A DNA stretch of 64,000 nucleotides from Candidatus Omnitrophota bacterium. GTDB taxonomy: Bacteria > Omnitrophota > Omnitrophia > Omnitrophales > Aquincolibacteriaceae. The notes beneath the pieces are model-generated. The model did no database searches. It worked only from the letters and a program-made list of their open reading frames with translations, and had not been told where the DNA came from. The stretch spans positions 112,648 to 176,647 of the forward strand of contig JAKLFP010000004.1 of assembly GCA_022711115.1 (NCBI GenBank), written 5' to 3'. The first letter of the stretch is position 1, and each line of letters opens with the position of its first letter. This document shows positions 49,213 through 59,169 of this stretch, piece by piece. Made by a program: the position numbers and the translations under genes.

Positions 49213-51135
49213 ATGCATTTTACCCTGAAAATCATTTTGCTTATTTTCATCCTTGCGTTTCTGCTGGGTGCATTTTTTTTAAATACACTTCTTGCGCGCA
49301 TAGCCTCCTCCGAGGAATTCAGGCATTTTGCGGAACAGAAAGTGGGCGAGTACCTGAAGGCCAAGGTCAATATTGGTGAGATACGTCCGTATCGTTTTAA
49401 CCAGATTGCAATCGATAAAATCATCATTGAAACGCCTTCGGTTCAGGGCGCTTCTCAGTTTGTTCACATTGAACGGTTGTTTTTTCGCTACCATTGGAAT
49501 CAACTTTGGAACCGGCGTTTTGACGCACCTGCAGGCGTTGTTTTAAAAAACCCCGCAATCCTGATCGATCAGAATCACTTCCCCTACCATTTTTTTGAAA
49601 ATGGTAATCCCAAAACCGCAGGACTTACCATGCCTTCGCTCGATTTTAAAGGCGGTGAAATCCGTTACCTTCTCCCTTCAGTGAATAAGGAAATTTTGCT
49701 GACGGAGGTAGCGGGGAAAATGATGCCGGCTTTGGACCAAACAGTCCAGGTCGATGTCCGTGCCAAAGTCTCCGGTTTTTTGAAGGGGACCGTGCGTATT
49801 TGCGGGACGATTCAATCGAACAAAAGCTCTCATAACCTTAGTATGGAACTGGAAGATATGAGTTTTTCAAATGATATCCCGGTGCCTTTGACGGAAATGA
49901 AGGGAAAAGTCCGGTGGGTGGATCAGGATCTTTTTTTCGATGATCTTCAGGCAAACCTGCACGGTTGGCAGACCGCACTGACAGGTTCGTTTTTGAATCA
50001 CCAAGGACAGCCAGCAATCACGCTGCATGCGAGAGTCGGCAAGGGAACTCCATGGTTCAAACTAGACTTTTCGTTAAATCTTCTCGAGAGAAAATTCGAA
50101 GGAGTTTTTCAACCCGCAGCCGGGACGGCGTCCAATTTTAGGGGGAATGTGTTTCGTAAGGGAAAAAAGTTTCTGATGGAGTCTTTTTGGGTGGATCCCG
50201 GTTACCATGGACGCGGGGAGTGGGATTTTGCGACCGGAAATTACGAACTCATTTTTGAAAAAGGGACAAAAAGATTGGCGGTACACTCTAATTTGAGGGG
50301 ATTGGAGTTTGTGCTTTATTTTCATTTGGATCACTGGCGCGTCTTGGGTCTTGATCTGGTAACGCAAGGAAAGCTTTTTCTTCGCCACCTGACACCGCAT
50401 TGGCGCAGCAAAGAACTGCTTTTTAGGGGCAATTTTGAAACGGATTATTTTATTTTGGAGAGGCAGCCCTTTGAAGATTTAAAAGGAACATTTGAATTAA
50501 GTCCGTACGGTATAACGAATCTTCGTACTTCGTGGGGGACGGCGTTTCAAATGGCTGGGCAGGTGGTTTTTCTTGGCAAAAAACCGAAGATAAAATGCCT
50601 TCTGCGTGTTTCCGATTTTAATTTAGGATTGGTCCATGAATTTGCTTCCAAGCCGCTGCCGAAAGAACTGGGCGGATTTCTGGACGGGAAGTTATCCATC
50701 GAAGGGGAAATGAATAAGCCTGAAATTACGGGCACTTTTAATGTCCAAGACGGAAAATGGGGACGGCTGCGTTATGATCGTGGTATCATTCGCTTTCGCG
50801 GATTTCCACCCTACTTTCCGATGGAAGGTTCTAAGATCCTCAAAGGGCGGAGTACTTTTTTTCTAACGGGTGCGATTGATTTGAAGCTTGACAACGTTTT
50901 TGCGGGCGTAAAAATAGAGACGCCGGATCACTTGGTGATCTGGAAAGGTCTGGAGGCCACTCTTCATGAAGCAGACAGAAGCGTGGAACTGAACCGTTCA
51001 AAGCTGGGGAAGTGGGGGGAGTTATCTGTTTTTGAGGCGGAGACTCATGAAAGTAATGCGACAGAAAAAACAGGAGGATTAAAAGACTCTGAAGACGAAA
51101 ACGTGGTACAATTCGGACCCAAATTAAAATTTTAA
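49213..51135 (+). CDS. AsmA-like / TamB-like envelope protein (N-terminal TM anchor, beta-rich)
   Basis: 640 aa. Single N-terminal TM, then a long beta-rich domain. Starts 19 nt after clpC. Assignment is by architecture only. Confidence 0.4.
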   Translation: MHFTLKIILLIFILAFLLGAFFLNTLLARIASSEEFRHFAEQKVGEYLKAKVNIGEIRPYRFNQIAIDKIIIETPSVQGASQFVHIERLFFRYHWNQLWNRRFDAPAGVVLKNPAILIDQNHFPYHFFENGNPKTAGLTMPSLDFKGGEIRYLLPSVNKEILLTEVAGKMMPALDQTVQVDVRAKVSGFLKGTVRICGTIQSNKSSHNLSMELEDMSFSNDIPVPLTEMKGKVRWVDQDLFFDDLQANLHGWQTALTGSFLNHQGQPAITLHARVGKGTPWFKLDFSLNLLERKFEGVFQPAAGTASNFRGNVFRKGKKFLMESFWVDPGYHGRGEWDFATGNYELIFEKGTKRLAVHSNLRGLEFVLYFHLDHWRVLGLDLVTQGKLFLRHLTPHWRSKELLFRGNFETDYFILERQPFEDLKGTFELSPYGITNLRTSWGTAFQMAGQVVFLGKKPKIKCLLRVSDFNLGLVHEFASKPLPKELGGFLDGKLSIEGEMNKPEITGTFNVQDGKWGRLRYDRGIIRFRGFPPYFPMEGSKILKGRSTFFLTGAIDLKLDNVFAGVKIETPDHLVIWKGLEATLHEADRSVELNRSKLGKWGELSVFEAETHESNATEKTGGLKDSEDENVVQFGPKLKF

Positions 51136-51283
51136 AGATTCTTGTGCTCGTTTTCATTTAATAGCTTCACAAAAGCGGCAATGTTAACTTGTGCATCGTC
51201 GTTATCGGCATCAAGGCCGAAACGATAAATGCCTGAGCAAAAAACTTGGTAAATTCGGTTTCAACTCAATCGTAAGGAATGGT

Positions 51284-52096
51284 ATGTCTCATTTTAAAGA
51301 TCTGAAAAGATACGTCTCAGTTCGCGAATGGTTTGAAAAATTCGGTGTTTTATGCCTTCGGTTTTTTAAAAATGCAGGCGGCATTTCGATTCTTTTTTGC
51401 GATACCTGTTTCTTGCTTTGGATCAAGGGTTTTCGCTGGAATACGACGCTGGACCAAATGAACAAAATCGGGGTGATGTCTCTTCCGCTTGTTTTTTTGA
51501 CGTCCCTTTTTACCGGCATGGTGCTTGCTTTGCAAGGGGCCTATCAGCTCAGGTTGTTTGCGGCCCAGCAATTCACCGCCGATCTCGTGGCGCTTTCGAC
51601 GGTTCGCGAATTGGGGCCGGTGCTTACCGCCATGGTCGTTGCCGGGCGCGTCGGTGCTTCGATTGCGGCAGAACTTGGTACGATGAAAGTCACGGAACAA
51701 ATTGATGCTTTGAAGGCCCTGGCGGCCAATCCCGTACAGTACCTTGTGATCCCGCGGTTTGTGGCCGGATTTACCATGCTTTTTGTTTTGACCGTCTATG
51801 CAGATTGGATTGGCATGTTCGGTGGCTATCTGATCTCCGTTTTTAAGCTTGGCATGAGTTCCTCCCAATATATCAAAAGAAGCTTTCATGCGATGTTGGT
51901 TAAAGACGTGATCACGGGACTCATTAAGGCTTTTTTCTTCGGGGGGATCATCTCTGTGGTTGGCTGTTATTTCGGTTTTCAAGCCCGCGGCGGGGCCGAA
52001 GGCGTTGGGCGCGCGACAACTTTGGCAGTGGTTGTTTCTTTGATTATGGTGATTGCATTTGACGCATTATTTACCGCGATTTTTTATTTCGTTTAA
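51284..52096 (+). CDS. mlaE: MlaE-family ABC permease
   Basis: VRELGPVLTAMVVAGRVGASIAAELGTMKVTEQIDAL is the MlaE/Ttg2B signature. RBS AGGA precedes ATG 51284. Confidence 0.85.
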   Translation: MSHFKDLKRYVSVREWFEKFGVLCLRFFKNAGGISILFCDTCFLLWIKGFRWNTTLDQMNKIGVMSLPLVFLTSLFTGMVLALQGAYQLRLFAAQQFTADLVALSTVRELGPVLTAMVVAGRVGASIAAELGTMKVTEQIDALKALAANPVQYLVIPRFVAGFTMLFVLTVYADWIGMFGGYLISVFKLGMSSSQYIKRSFHAMLVKDVITGLIKAFFFGGIISVVGCYFGFQARGGAEGVGRATTLAVVVSLIMVIAFDALFTAIFYFV

Positions 52097-52107
52097 GTGA
52101 GAGGCTG

Positions 52108-52875
52108 ATGATTCAAATCCAAGGCGTGCATAAATGGTTCGGGACGAATCATGTCCTTCGGGGTGTTGACCTGACCATTAAAGATGGAGAAACGTTGGTG
52201 ATCATCGGGCGTTCTGGCTGCGGGAAAAGTGTCCTTCTGAAACATATTATGGCGATCCTGGAGCCGGATGAAGGTGACATCAAGATCGATGGCCATTCCA
52301 TGTTCTCCATGCTGCCTACGGAACAGGATCAATTCCGTTTGCAGCTCGGTATGTTGTTTCAAGGCGCCGCACTTTTTGATTCATTAACCGTCTGTGAGAA
52401 TGTCGGGTTTTCGCTTTTTGAACACACAAACTTATCTGAAGATATTATCGTCCAGAAGGTTCGCGAAAAATTAAGTCTTGTGGGATTACAGGGTATTGAA
52501 GAGCATAAGCCCGCGAGTCTTTCGGGAGGTATGAAAAAAAGGGTTGGTTTAGCACGGGCGATTTGCAATGAACCTAAGATTATTCTTTATGATGAACCGA
52601 CCACGGGTTTGGATCCGATCAATGCGGACGTCATCAATGACTTGATCCTCCGGATGCAGGCGCAACTGCAAGTGACTTCGATCGTAGTGACGCATGACAT
52701 GATAAGCGCCTATAAGGTGGCGGACCGGATTGCCATGCTTTATGAAGGCCGGATCATCGGTGTCGGGACGTCCGATGAAATCAAAAATTCCGAGGATCCC
52801 ATTATTCAGCAATTCATTACCGGATCAGCCAAAGGGCCGATCACGGATAGGCATCAAGAAACGGAGCCATTATGA
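52108..52875 (+). CDS. mlaF: MlaF-family ABC ATPase
   Basis: Walker A GRSGCGKS. LSGGMKKRVGLARA. Walker B ILYDEPTTGLD. Confidence 0.9.
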   Translation: MIQIQGVHKWFGTNHVLRGVDLTIKDGETLVIIGRSGCGKSVLLKHIMAILEPDEGDIKIDGHSMFSMLPTEQDQFRLQLGMLFQGAALFDSLTVCENVGFSLFEHTNLSEDIIVQKVREKLSLVGLQGIEEHKPASLSGGMKKRVGLARAICNEPKIILYDEPTTGLDPINADVINDLILRMQAQLQVTSIVVTHDMISAYKVADRIAMLYEGRIIGVGTSDEIKNSEDPIIQQFITGSAKGPITDRHQETEPL

Positions 52876-53672
52876 AAAAGAAAACAAATGAGACGGCGGT
52901 GGGTGTTTTTGTGGTGGTGGGTTTTATCTTACTGACGATGGTAGTGTTTTTTATCAGTGGCGCCTATTTCGTCCGGCCGGGTTACAAAATCAATGTGATG
53001 TATTCCTTTGTCAGTATCCTTGACAAAGGAGCTCCGGTGCGAATGGCCGGGGTTCGCGTCGGTGAAGTGAGTAAAGTGGATCTTATGTATGACGTGAAAA
53101 AACAAATCACACGCGTGAAGGTCAAACTTTTTATTGAAAAGGGCATTGAAATCAGGGAAAATTATGATTTCATGATCCAAGGCACGCACGTTTTGAGCGA
53201 GCCGCATATCGAAATCAAGCCAAAGCCGGGGAATTTTCCCGTCTTGCGCAAAGGCGCTACCGTGGAAGGCGTGAACTTGGTTGCGGTGGAGGAGCTTATT
53301 GACAGGGCCCATGAGATCTTAAGCTCTCTTTCGGCAATCATGAACAAAGCCAAAACAGAAATCGGCAGTGACAAGACCATGCAGGATCTGAAGGTTATGA
53401 TCACTAATTTTTCGGAATTGAGCGTGGCCCTAAATGATTCCCTGAAGGGGGCCCATGGAAACGTGAAGCAGAGTCTTCAAAACATCGACGCCTCGAGTGC
53501 TTCGCTAAGTGCTATTCTCAGTCATGTTGAAAAAGGGGAAGGGACGGTTGGAAAGTTGCTGGTGAAGGATGATCTGTATAACGAAATGGATGCACTAGTA
53601 AAGGATGTTCGTGCGCATCCTTGGAAACTCTTAAAAAAGGATTCAACGAAGAAGAGGTTTCTCTTCTTTTAA
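52872..53672 (+). CDS. mlaD: MlaD / MCE-domain protein
   Basis: N-terminal TM, then an MCE domain (…VRMAGVRVGEVSKVDL…). Confidence 0.8.
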   Translation: MKKKTNETAVGVFVVVGFILLTMVVFFISGAYFVRPGYKINVMYSFVSILDKGAPVRMAGVRVGEVSKVDLMYDVKKQITRVKVKLFIEKGIEIRENYDFMIQGTHVLSEPHIEIKPKPGNFPVLRKGATVEGVNLVAVEELIDRAHEILSSLSAIMNKAKTEIGSDKTMQDLKVMITNFSELSVALNDSLKGAHGNVKQSLQNIDASSASLSAILSHVEKGEGTVGKLLVKDDLYNEMDALVKDVRAHPWKLLKKDSTKKRFLFF

Positions 53673-53802
53673 TATAAAACGATGAATATAAATACTGCGT
53701 TTTTAAACTTTTGTAGGTTCGCAGTAGGGTCCCGCGGGTCCTTTCAATTATGGAAACGCGGTGCTTACTATTTATTCTTACTAAATCAAAGGAGTCACTA
53801 TC

Positions 53803-54942
53803 ATGATTTTTGTCATACGGATTCTATTTATATTAGGTTGTACCGCGTTTGGTTATATTTCACAAATGCCTCGGCTTACGGCACTTCAAATCTCTCATGC
53901 GGGATGGATCGCAAGCGCCTTGGGGTTGGCGATTGGCGTCCTTTTTGTTTTATTTGATATCTTTTTCAAACAGTTCACTGTCCGTAACATCCTTTCCGTC
54001 ATTTTGGGATTGGGGATTGGTCTTTTAACCCACCGTCTTCTCATGATTGTTGTTGCCTATGCCAACGTTCCGGCAGAGCCCATGAGTAATATCGTTTTAG
54101 CTTCTGCGATCATTTTCGCATATTTGGGAATCATCACGGTTTTGCGCGGTCAGGATGAGTTTACCCTCATGATTCCGTTTGTCCGGCTTGATTCCAAAGG
54201 CCCCGGCGAGGAATTGATCTTATTGGATACAAGCGTTATCATCGATGGACGTATCGCGGACATTGCGAATACCTATTTTCTTTCCGGTAAATTGATTCTT
54301 CCCAGGTTCGTGTTGAAGGAGTTGCAGCTTATTGCGGATTCTTCAGATCCTTTGAAGCGCAATCGCGGCCGAAGAGGGCTTGATGTGCTGAATGCAATTC
54401 AATCCAATCCCAACATCCAGGTCAAGATCCATGAACTGGATTTTCCGGAATTCAATACCGTGGATGCAAAACTGGTCAAAATGGGGCAGGTGCTTCAGGC
54501 CAAGGTTTTTACGAATGATTACAATCTTAACAAGGTCGCGGAGCTCCAGGGAGTGAAGGTCCTCAATATTAATGATCTTGCGAATGCCTTGAAACCGGTG
54601 GTCATGCCGGGTGAGGAAATGGAAATTAAGATCCTCAAGGAAGGGAAGGAACACGAGCAAGGAGTTGCCTATCTGGATGACGGGACGATGGTGGTGGTGG
54701 ACAATGGGAAGCGCCGTTTGGGCCATGCGGTCAAAGTCACGATTACGAGCGTTTTGCAAACGCAGGCCGGCCGTATGATTTTTGCGAAGCTTTCTGATGA
54801 TGGTGACCATCGCCAGGATCGCGGAGAGCGTTGGCGCGATAAAGGACATGATCCAAGGCGTCAGCGTAATGGTCACGATCGCCCCAATCATCAGAACTAT
54901 CCGAATCCATCGAGTTTTCAGGGCCAAGAGGGAGGGAGGTGA
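53803..54942 (+). CDS. YacL-like membrane PIN-TRAM domain protein
   Basis: N-terminal TM helices. PIN domain ([13 protein letters not shown]...). C-terminal TRAM-like beta domain. Highly charged Arg/Asp/His-rich tail. Sits upstream of ispDF, as B. subtilis yacL does. Confidence 0.7.
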   Translation: MIFVIRILFILGCTAFGYISQMPRLTALQISHAGWIASALGLAIGVLFVLFDIFFKQFTVRNILSVILGLGIGLLTHRLLMIVVAYANVPAEPMSNIVLASAIIFAYLGIITVLRGQDEFTLMIPFVRLDSKGPGEELILLDTSVIIDGRIADIANTYFLSGKLILPRFVLKELQLIADSSDPLKRNRGRRGLDVLNAIQSNPNIQVKIHELDFPEFNTVDAKLVKMGQVLQAKVFTNDYNLNKVAELQGVKVLNINDLANALKPVVMPGEEMEIKILKEGKEHEQGVAYLDDGTMVVVDNGKRRLGHAVKVTITSVLQTQAGRMIFAKLSDDGDHRQDRGERWRDKGHDPRRQRNGHDRPNHQNYPNPSSFQGQEGGR

Positions 54943-55057
54943 GCCCCGTTGAAAATTCAACGGACCTCCTATGGAAATATCCTTAGTCGAGCATCCACGC
55001 GGTTTTGAGCAGTTTCTTATCTGTTCAAGTGATACAAATTTCCAACAGGGTAGATGA

Positions 55058-56281
55058 ATGCGGATCTCCCTTGTTATCCCGGCAGCCGGGTTAGGCAGTC
55101 GTTTTTACCAGAGTCTTTCGGGATGGCAGCCTTTTGGAAAAACAGTTTCAAAAGCGGGAGTTCCTTCTCAGTCCAAGCTCTTTTGTGTTTTAAATGGGGA
55201 ACCGATACTGCTCCGAACCCTTAAAGCATTTGATAAAATTCCTCAGATAAAAGAGATTTTGCTCGTCCTAAGTCCGGAAATGCGTCCGGAAGTGGGCAAG
55301 TGGATGCATGCTTTCCAAAAATCAAGAATCAAACTGATTTCCGGCGGAAAAACCCGTGCGGAATCCGTGTGGCATGCGTTGAGAAAAGCTTCGCCACGAA
55401 GCGACTGGGTCATGGTTCATGACGGGGCTCGTCCTCTCATTTCTTCTAAAGCGGTCAAAGATGTTTTGAGGGCTTCAAAGGGCTGGGACGGAGTGATCCT
55501 TGCAAAGAAAGTGGTTCCGACCATCAAAAAAGTTTTGACCGCGGACGGTCGCATTCAGGAGACCGTGGACCGGAACATGCTTTTTGAGGCCGAAACGCCG
55601 CAGTTGATCCGCCGGGATTTATTGTTCAAGGCGTACACCCAGCATCCCAAAGCGCTTCAGGTGACGGATGAGGCGAGTCTTTTGGAAATGGTTGGTGCCC
55701 GAGTTCGTGTGGTAGCGCATGATGGTTGGAATCCCAAACTGACGACACTGCAGGATTTACTGTTGGCAAAAGCGATGTTGGAAAAAGACCCTGCGCCTCA
55801 AGTTCGAGTCGGGATCGGATTCGACACGCACCGGCTGGTTAAAGGCCGTAAGCTTTATTTGGGAGGCATCGTGGTACCATCCCCCAAAGGTTCTCTTGGG
55901 CATTCGGATGGAGATGCCCTTCTTCACGCGATCGCGGACGCGATACTCGGAGTGATCGGAGCGGGCGATATCGGCGAATGGTTCTCTGACCGCAATCCGA
56001 AGTTTAAAAACATTCGCAGCACCAGAATCCTTAAAACGATTCTTGGCGAAGCGAGGCGGCGAGGTTGGGAGCCTTATCACGTAGACACTAATATTATTTT
56101 ACAGTCGCCGAAGCTTGGACCTTATAAACAAAAAATCAGGAAGAGCGTGACTCACTGTCTCAAAATACCGGAAAAAGATGTTTCTATCAAAGCTCGGACT
56201 CGAGAAGGACTGGGACCCGAAGGAAAAGGGTTGGCGGTAACTTGCGAGGCTGTGGTGAGTATGAGAAAGGTTGAGGGATGA
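55058..56281 (+). CDS. ispDF: bifunctional 2-C-methyl-D-erythritol 4-phosphate cytidylyltransferase / 2,4-cyclodiphosphate synthase
   Basis: N-terminal IspD (VIPAAGLGSRF...) with an ~18-aa insertion after the GxGxR loop. C-terminal IspF (GIGFDTHRL...GHSDGDALLHAI). Confidence 0.9.
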   Translation: MRISLVIPAAGLGSRFYQSLSGWQPFGKTVSKAGVPSQSKLFCVLNGEPILLRTLKAFDKIPQIKEILLVLSPEMRPEVGKWMHAFQKSRIKLISGGKTRAESVWHALRKASPRSDWVMVHDGARPLISSKAVKDVLRASKGWDGVILAKKVVPTIKKVLTADGRIQETVDRNMLFEAETPQLIRRDLLFKAYTQHPKALQVTDEASLLEMVGARVRVVAHDGWNPKLTTLQDLLLAKAMLEKDPAPQVRVGIGFDTHRLVKGRKLYLGGIVVPSPKGSLGHSDGDALLHAIADAILGVIGAGDIGEWFSDRNPKFKNIRSTRILKTILGEARRRGWEPYHVDTNIILQSPKLGPYKQKIRKSVTHCLKIPEKDVSIKARTREGLGPEGKGLAVTCEAVVSMRKVEG

Positions 56282-57708
56282 TCAGACTTCATAATACGCT
56301 TTCGGGAAAATCGGAAGAATTCAAGCCGCTCCAAGCCAACGAAGTCACGCTTTATACCTGCGGGCCGACGGTCTACAACTACGCGCATATCGGCAATTTC
56401 CGGACATTTGTGTTCGAAGACCTGCTTCGCCGCTTTCTTGAGTTGAAAGGTTTCAAGGTCAAGCACGTGATGAATATTACGGATGTGGATGATAAAACTA
56501 TCACGGGCGCGGCCAAAGAAAAGAAAACACTTCAGGAATACACCGCTTTTTATACGCAGGCTTTTCTGGAAGATATGAAAACGCTGAACATGCTTTCGCC
56601 AACGCTTCAGCCGCACGCGACGGATTCCATTCCTGATATGATTGCGCTCATTGATCAACTCATAAAAAAAAGCATTGCTTATCAAGCGGAAGACAAATCG
56701 ATTTATTATCGCGTTTCCAAATTCGAACGCTACGGCAGTCTTTCCAAAAAAAAACTGGACGGCAATATCGCCGGCGCGCGCGTGGCTGTGGATGAATATG
56801 AAAAGGAAGAAGGCGCAGATTTTGTGCTTTGGAAAGCGGCCAAAGAAGGGGAGCCGTCCTGGGATTCTCCGTGGGGTAAAGGCCGTCCTGGGTGGCATAT
56901 CGAGTGTTCCGCGATGTGCATGCGGCATCTCGGAGAAACGATCGATATTCACGCCGGCGGTGAAGACCTTGTGTTCCCGCATCACGAAAACGAGATCGCG
57001 CAATCCGAGGCGGCGACCGGAAAACCGTTCGTGAATTACTGGCTCCACGCAAAGCATCTTCTCGTGAATAATGAAAAAATGTCCAAATCCAAAGGCAATT
57101 TCTTCACGCTCCGTGATCTTCTGGCCAAAGGCTATGACCCCATGGCCATCCGTTACACGCTCTTGTCCGTTCATTACCGTCATTCGCTTAACTTTACTCT
57201 GGAAAGTTTAAAAGAAGCCCGGGAAATCATTGAGAAATTAGATAATTGTTTCTGGGCTTGCGTCAGCCGACTCGGACGAACTTCTTATCCTGCATGTGAT
57301 CCGACTTATTGGCAGAACATGATTTGCGGCCCTGCTTTTGATGAGATGACGAAGTGGATGGGAGATGACTTGAATGTCTCTGCCGTTTTCGCCGAGTTCT
57401 TTGAGATTGTCACTGAAATTAATAAAAATTTGGATAAAATGGACGAACAGGGGTTGAAAGCGTGTATTGAATTTTTTAAAACGGCAGACCGCTTGTTTGG
57501 TTTTGATATCGCGTTCCTTGAATCTATCCCTCGGGATGTTGTGAAAAAACTCAAACAGTATTCGGATGCTCGAAAAGAAAAGAACTTTGCAGGTTCGGAT
57601 GCATTGCGTAAGGAGATCGAAAAACTTGGCTGGCTTGTCAAGGACGGCCGCCCTGGCGAACCCTCCACCGTCAAAAAAATCCGAAGGACTTGGGATATTA
57701 AAAAATGA
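56278..57708 (+). CDS. cysS: cysteinyl-tRNA synthetase
   Basis: HIGN (AHIGNFRT) and KMSKS (KMSKSKGN) class I motifs. Zn-binding Cys. Confidence 0.95.
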   Translation: MIRLHNTLSGKSEEFKPLQANEVTLYTCGPTVYNYAHIGNFRTFVFEDLLRRFLELKGFKVKHVMNITDVDDKTITGAAKEKKTLQEYTAFYTQAFLEDMKTLNMLSPTLQPHATDSIPDMIALIDQLIKKSIAYQAEDKSIYYRVSKFERYGSLSKKKLDGNIAGARVAVDEYEKEEGADFVLWKAAKEGEPSWDSPWGKGRPGWHIECSAMCMRHLGETIDIHAGGEDLVFPHHENEIAQSEAATGKPFVNYWLHAKHLLVNNEKMSKSKGNFFTLRDLLAKGYDPMAIRYTLLSVHYRHSLNFTLESLKEAREIIEKLDNCFWACVSRLGRTSYPACDPTYWQNMICGPAFDEMTKWMGDDLNVSAVFAEFFEIVTEINKNLDKMDEQGLKACIEFFKTADRLFGFDIAFLESIPRDVVKKLKQYSDARKEKNFAGSDALRKEIEKLGWLVKDGRPGEPSTVKKIRRTWDIKK

Positions 57709-58322
57709 AAAAAGGGTATTTCATCACATTCGAAGGCGCGGAAGGGAGCGGGAAGAGTACGCAGATACGTAATGCTGTTGCATTTCTCAAGAAACAAGGC
57801 TATTCCGTGTTGATGCTGCGGGAACCGGGCGGGACGCGGATCAGCGAGGCTATCCGGAGCATTCTTCTCAATAAAGAGCTGACCGAAATGGCGGATGTGA
57901 CGGAACTCTTGCTTTATTTGGCGGCAAGGGCCCAGATCGTCCGCGAAAAAATCCTGCCGGCGCTCAAAAAAGGAAAAGTCGTGATCTGCGACCGTTTTGA
58001 GGATTCGACGTGGGCTTATCAAGGATTCGGCCGCAAGATCCCGATCCCAGCGATCGAACAGGCAAGCCGGCTGGTGCGCGGCAACTTGAAGCCGGATCTG
58101 ACTTTTGTTCTGGACGTGGATACAACCCAAGGGCTCAAACGAGGCGGACGGCATGACCGGATCGAACGTGAGGCGCTTAGCTTTCACAGACGTGTGCGCC
58201 AAGGTTTTTTGACGCTTGCCAAGAAAAACCCGAATCGTATGGTGGTATTGGACACCGGCAAACCGCTGGAGTGGGTCACTCAAAAAGTACGGGAAAGGCT
58301 TGAACGTGTTTTTGGCAAATAA
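57705..58322 (+). CDS. tmk: thymidylate kinase
   Basis: P-loop FEGAEGSGKSTQ. DRF motif (CDRFEDS). Start overlaps the cysS stop (ATGA). Confidence 0.9.
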   Translation: MKKGYFITFEGAEGSGKSTQIRNAVAFLKKQGYSVLMLREPGGTRISEAIRSILLNKELTEMADVTELLLYLAARAQIVREKILPALKKGKVVICDRFEDSTWAYQGFGRKIPIPAIEQASRLVRGNLKPDLTFVLDVDTTQGLKRGGRHDRIEREALSFHRRVRQGFLTLAKKNPNRMVVLDTGKPLEWVTQKVRERLERVFGK

Positions 58323-59169
58323 TACACAGAAATTAGCAGCCCGCATCCTTGAGGCGCATATCAAGGAAAACCGTGTCGCATCGTCCTATATATTCAGCGG
58401 CCGCGAAGAGAATTCCATCACGGCCGAGATGGACACGGATCAGGGGAGTGCAGACATCAAAGAAACCTTTGCGGTCGCGTTTGCGTGCGCCCTGGAAAAT
58501 GGAGCAAAGAAACTTTTCGGATTTGAGGATTCCTTGATTTTACAGCGGATTTGCAATCGCAATTATCCGGATGTTCGTTGGCTCGGAGAAGACCGGGACG
58601 CGCGCTCGATTAAAATCGAAGCCGTGCGCGAGGTGATTCAGTGGGCGTATCGGAAGCCGTACGAAGGATCTTGGAAAATCTGTATGGTCGTGAAGGCCGA
58701 GCGCCTTACGGAAGAGGCCGCAAACGCGTTTCTAAAAACCTTGGAAGAACCGCCTGAACGTACGGTTTTTTGTCTTCTGGTAGAAGAGAAGGGGCACCTT
58801 TTGGAGACGATCCAGTCCCGTTCCTTTGAAATCCGTCTCATGGCTGCGGCAGTTCAACCGACGCATGCGGGCCTTAGTTCTTTGGAGGCTTTGCCGGTTC
58901 GCGAGATCTTTGAAACGTACGCGACTCTGCCGCGGGAAGAGGCCAAACAAAAACTGGACGGGCTCATGTCCTTATCACGTGAAAAAATCTATGAGCTTGC
59001 ATCAGAAAAGAAGGATCCAGCCGAAAATATCCAGCGATGGATCGAAGCCATGGACTTACTTTATGATTCCAAAGCCGCGCTGGATATGAATGTGAACCAG
59101 AAGCTGATGGCCACGCGCTTGGCCATGCGTCTCCGGCGGCTATTTCCGTCCCAGAAAGTGTTTATGTGA
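58305..59169 (+). CDS. holB: DNA polymerase III delta-prime subunit-like
   Basis: Sits downstream of tmk, as in many genomes. AAA+-like fold with a degenerate Walker A (SSYIFSGREENS). Start GTG/TTG is uncertain; the tracked ORF begins at 58216. Confidence 0.55.

Noticed and set aside
56152-58364. Long minus-strand ORFs (343 aa and 352 aa) across cysS and tmk/holB
   Set aside because: Antisense shadows of strongly supported plus-strand genes (HIGN/KMSKS motifs, P-loop).
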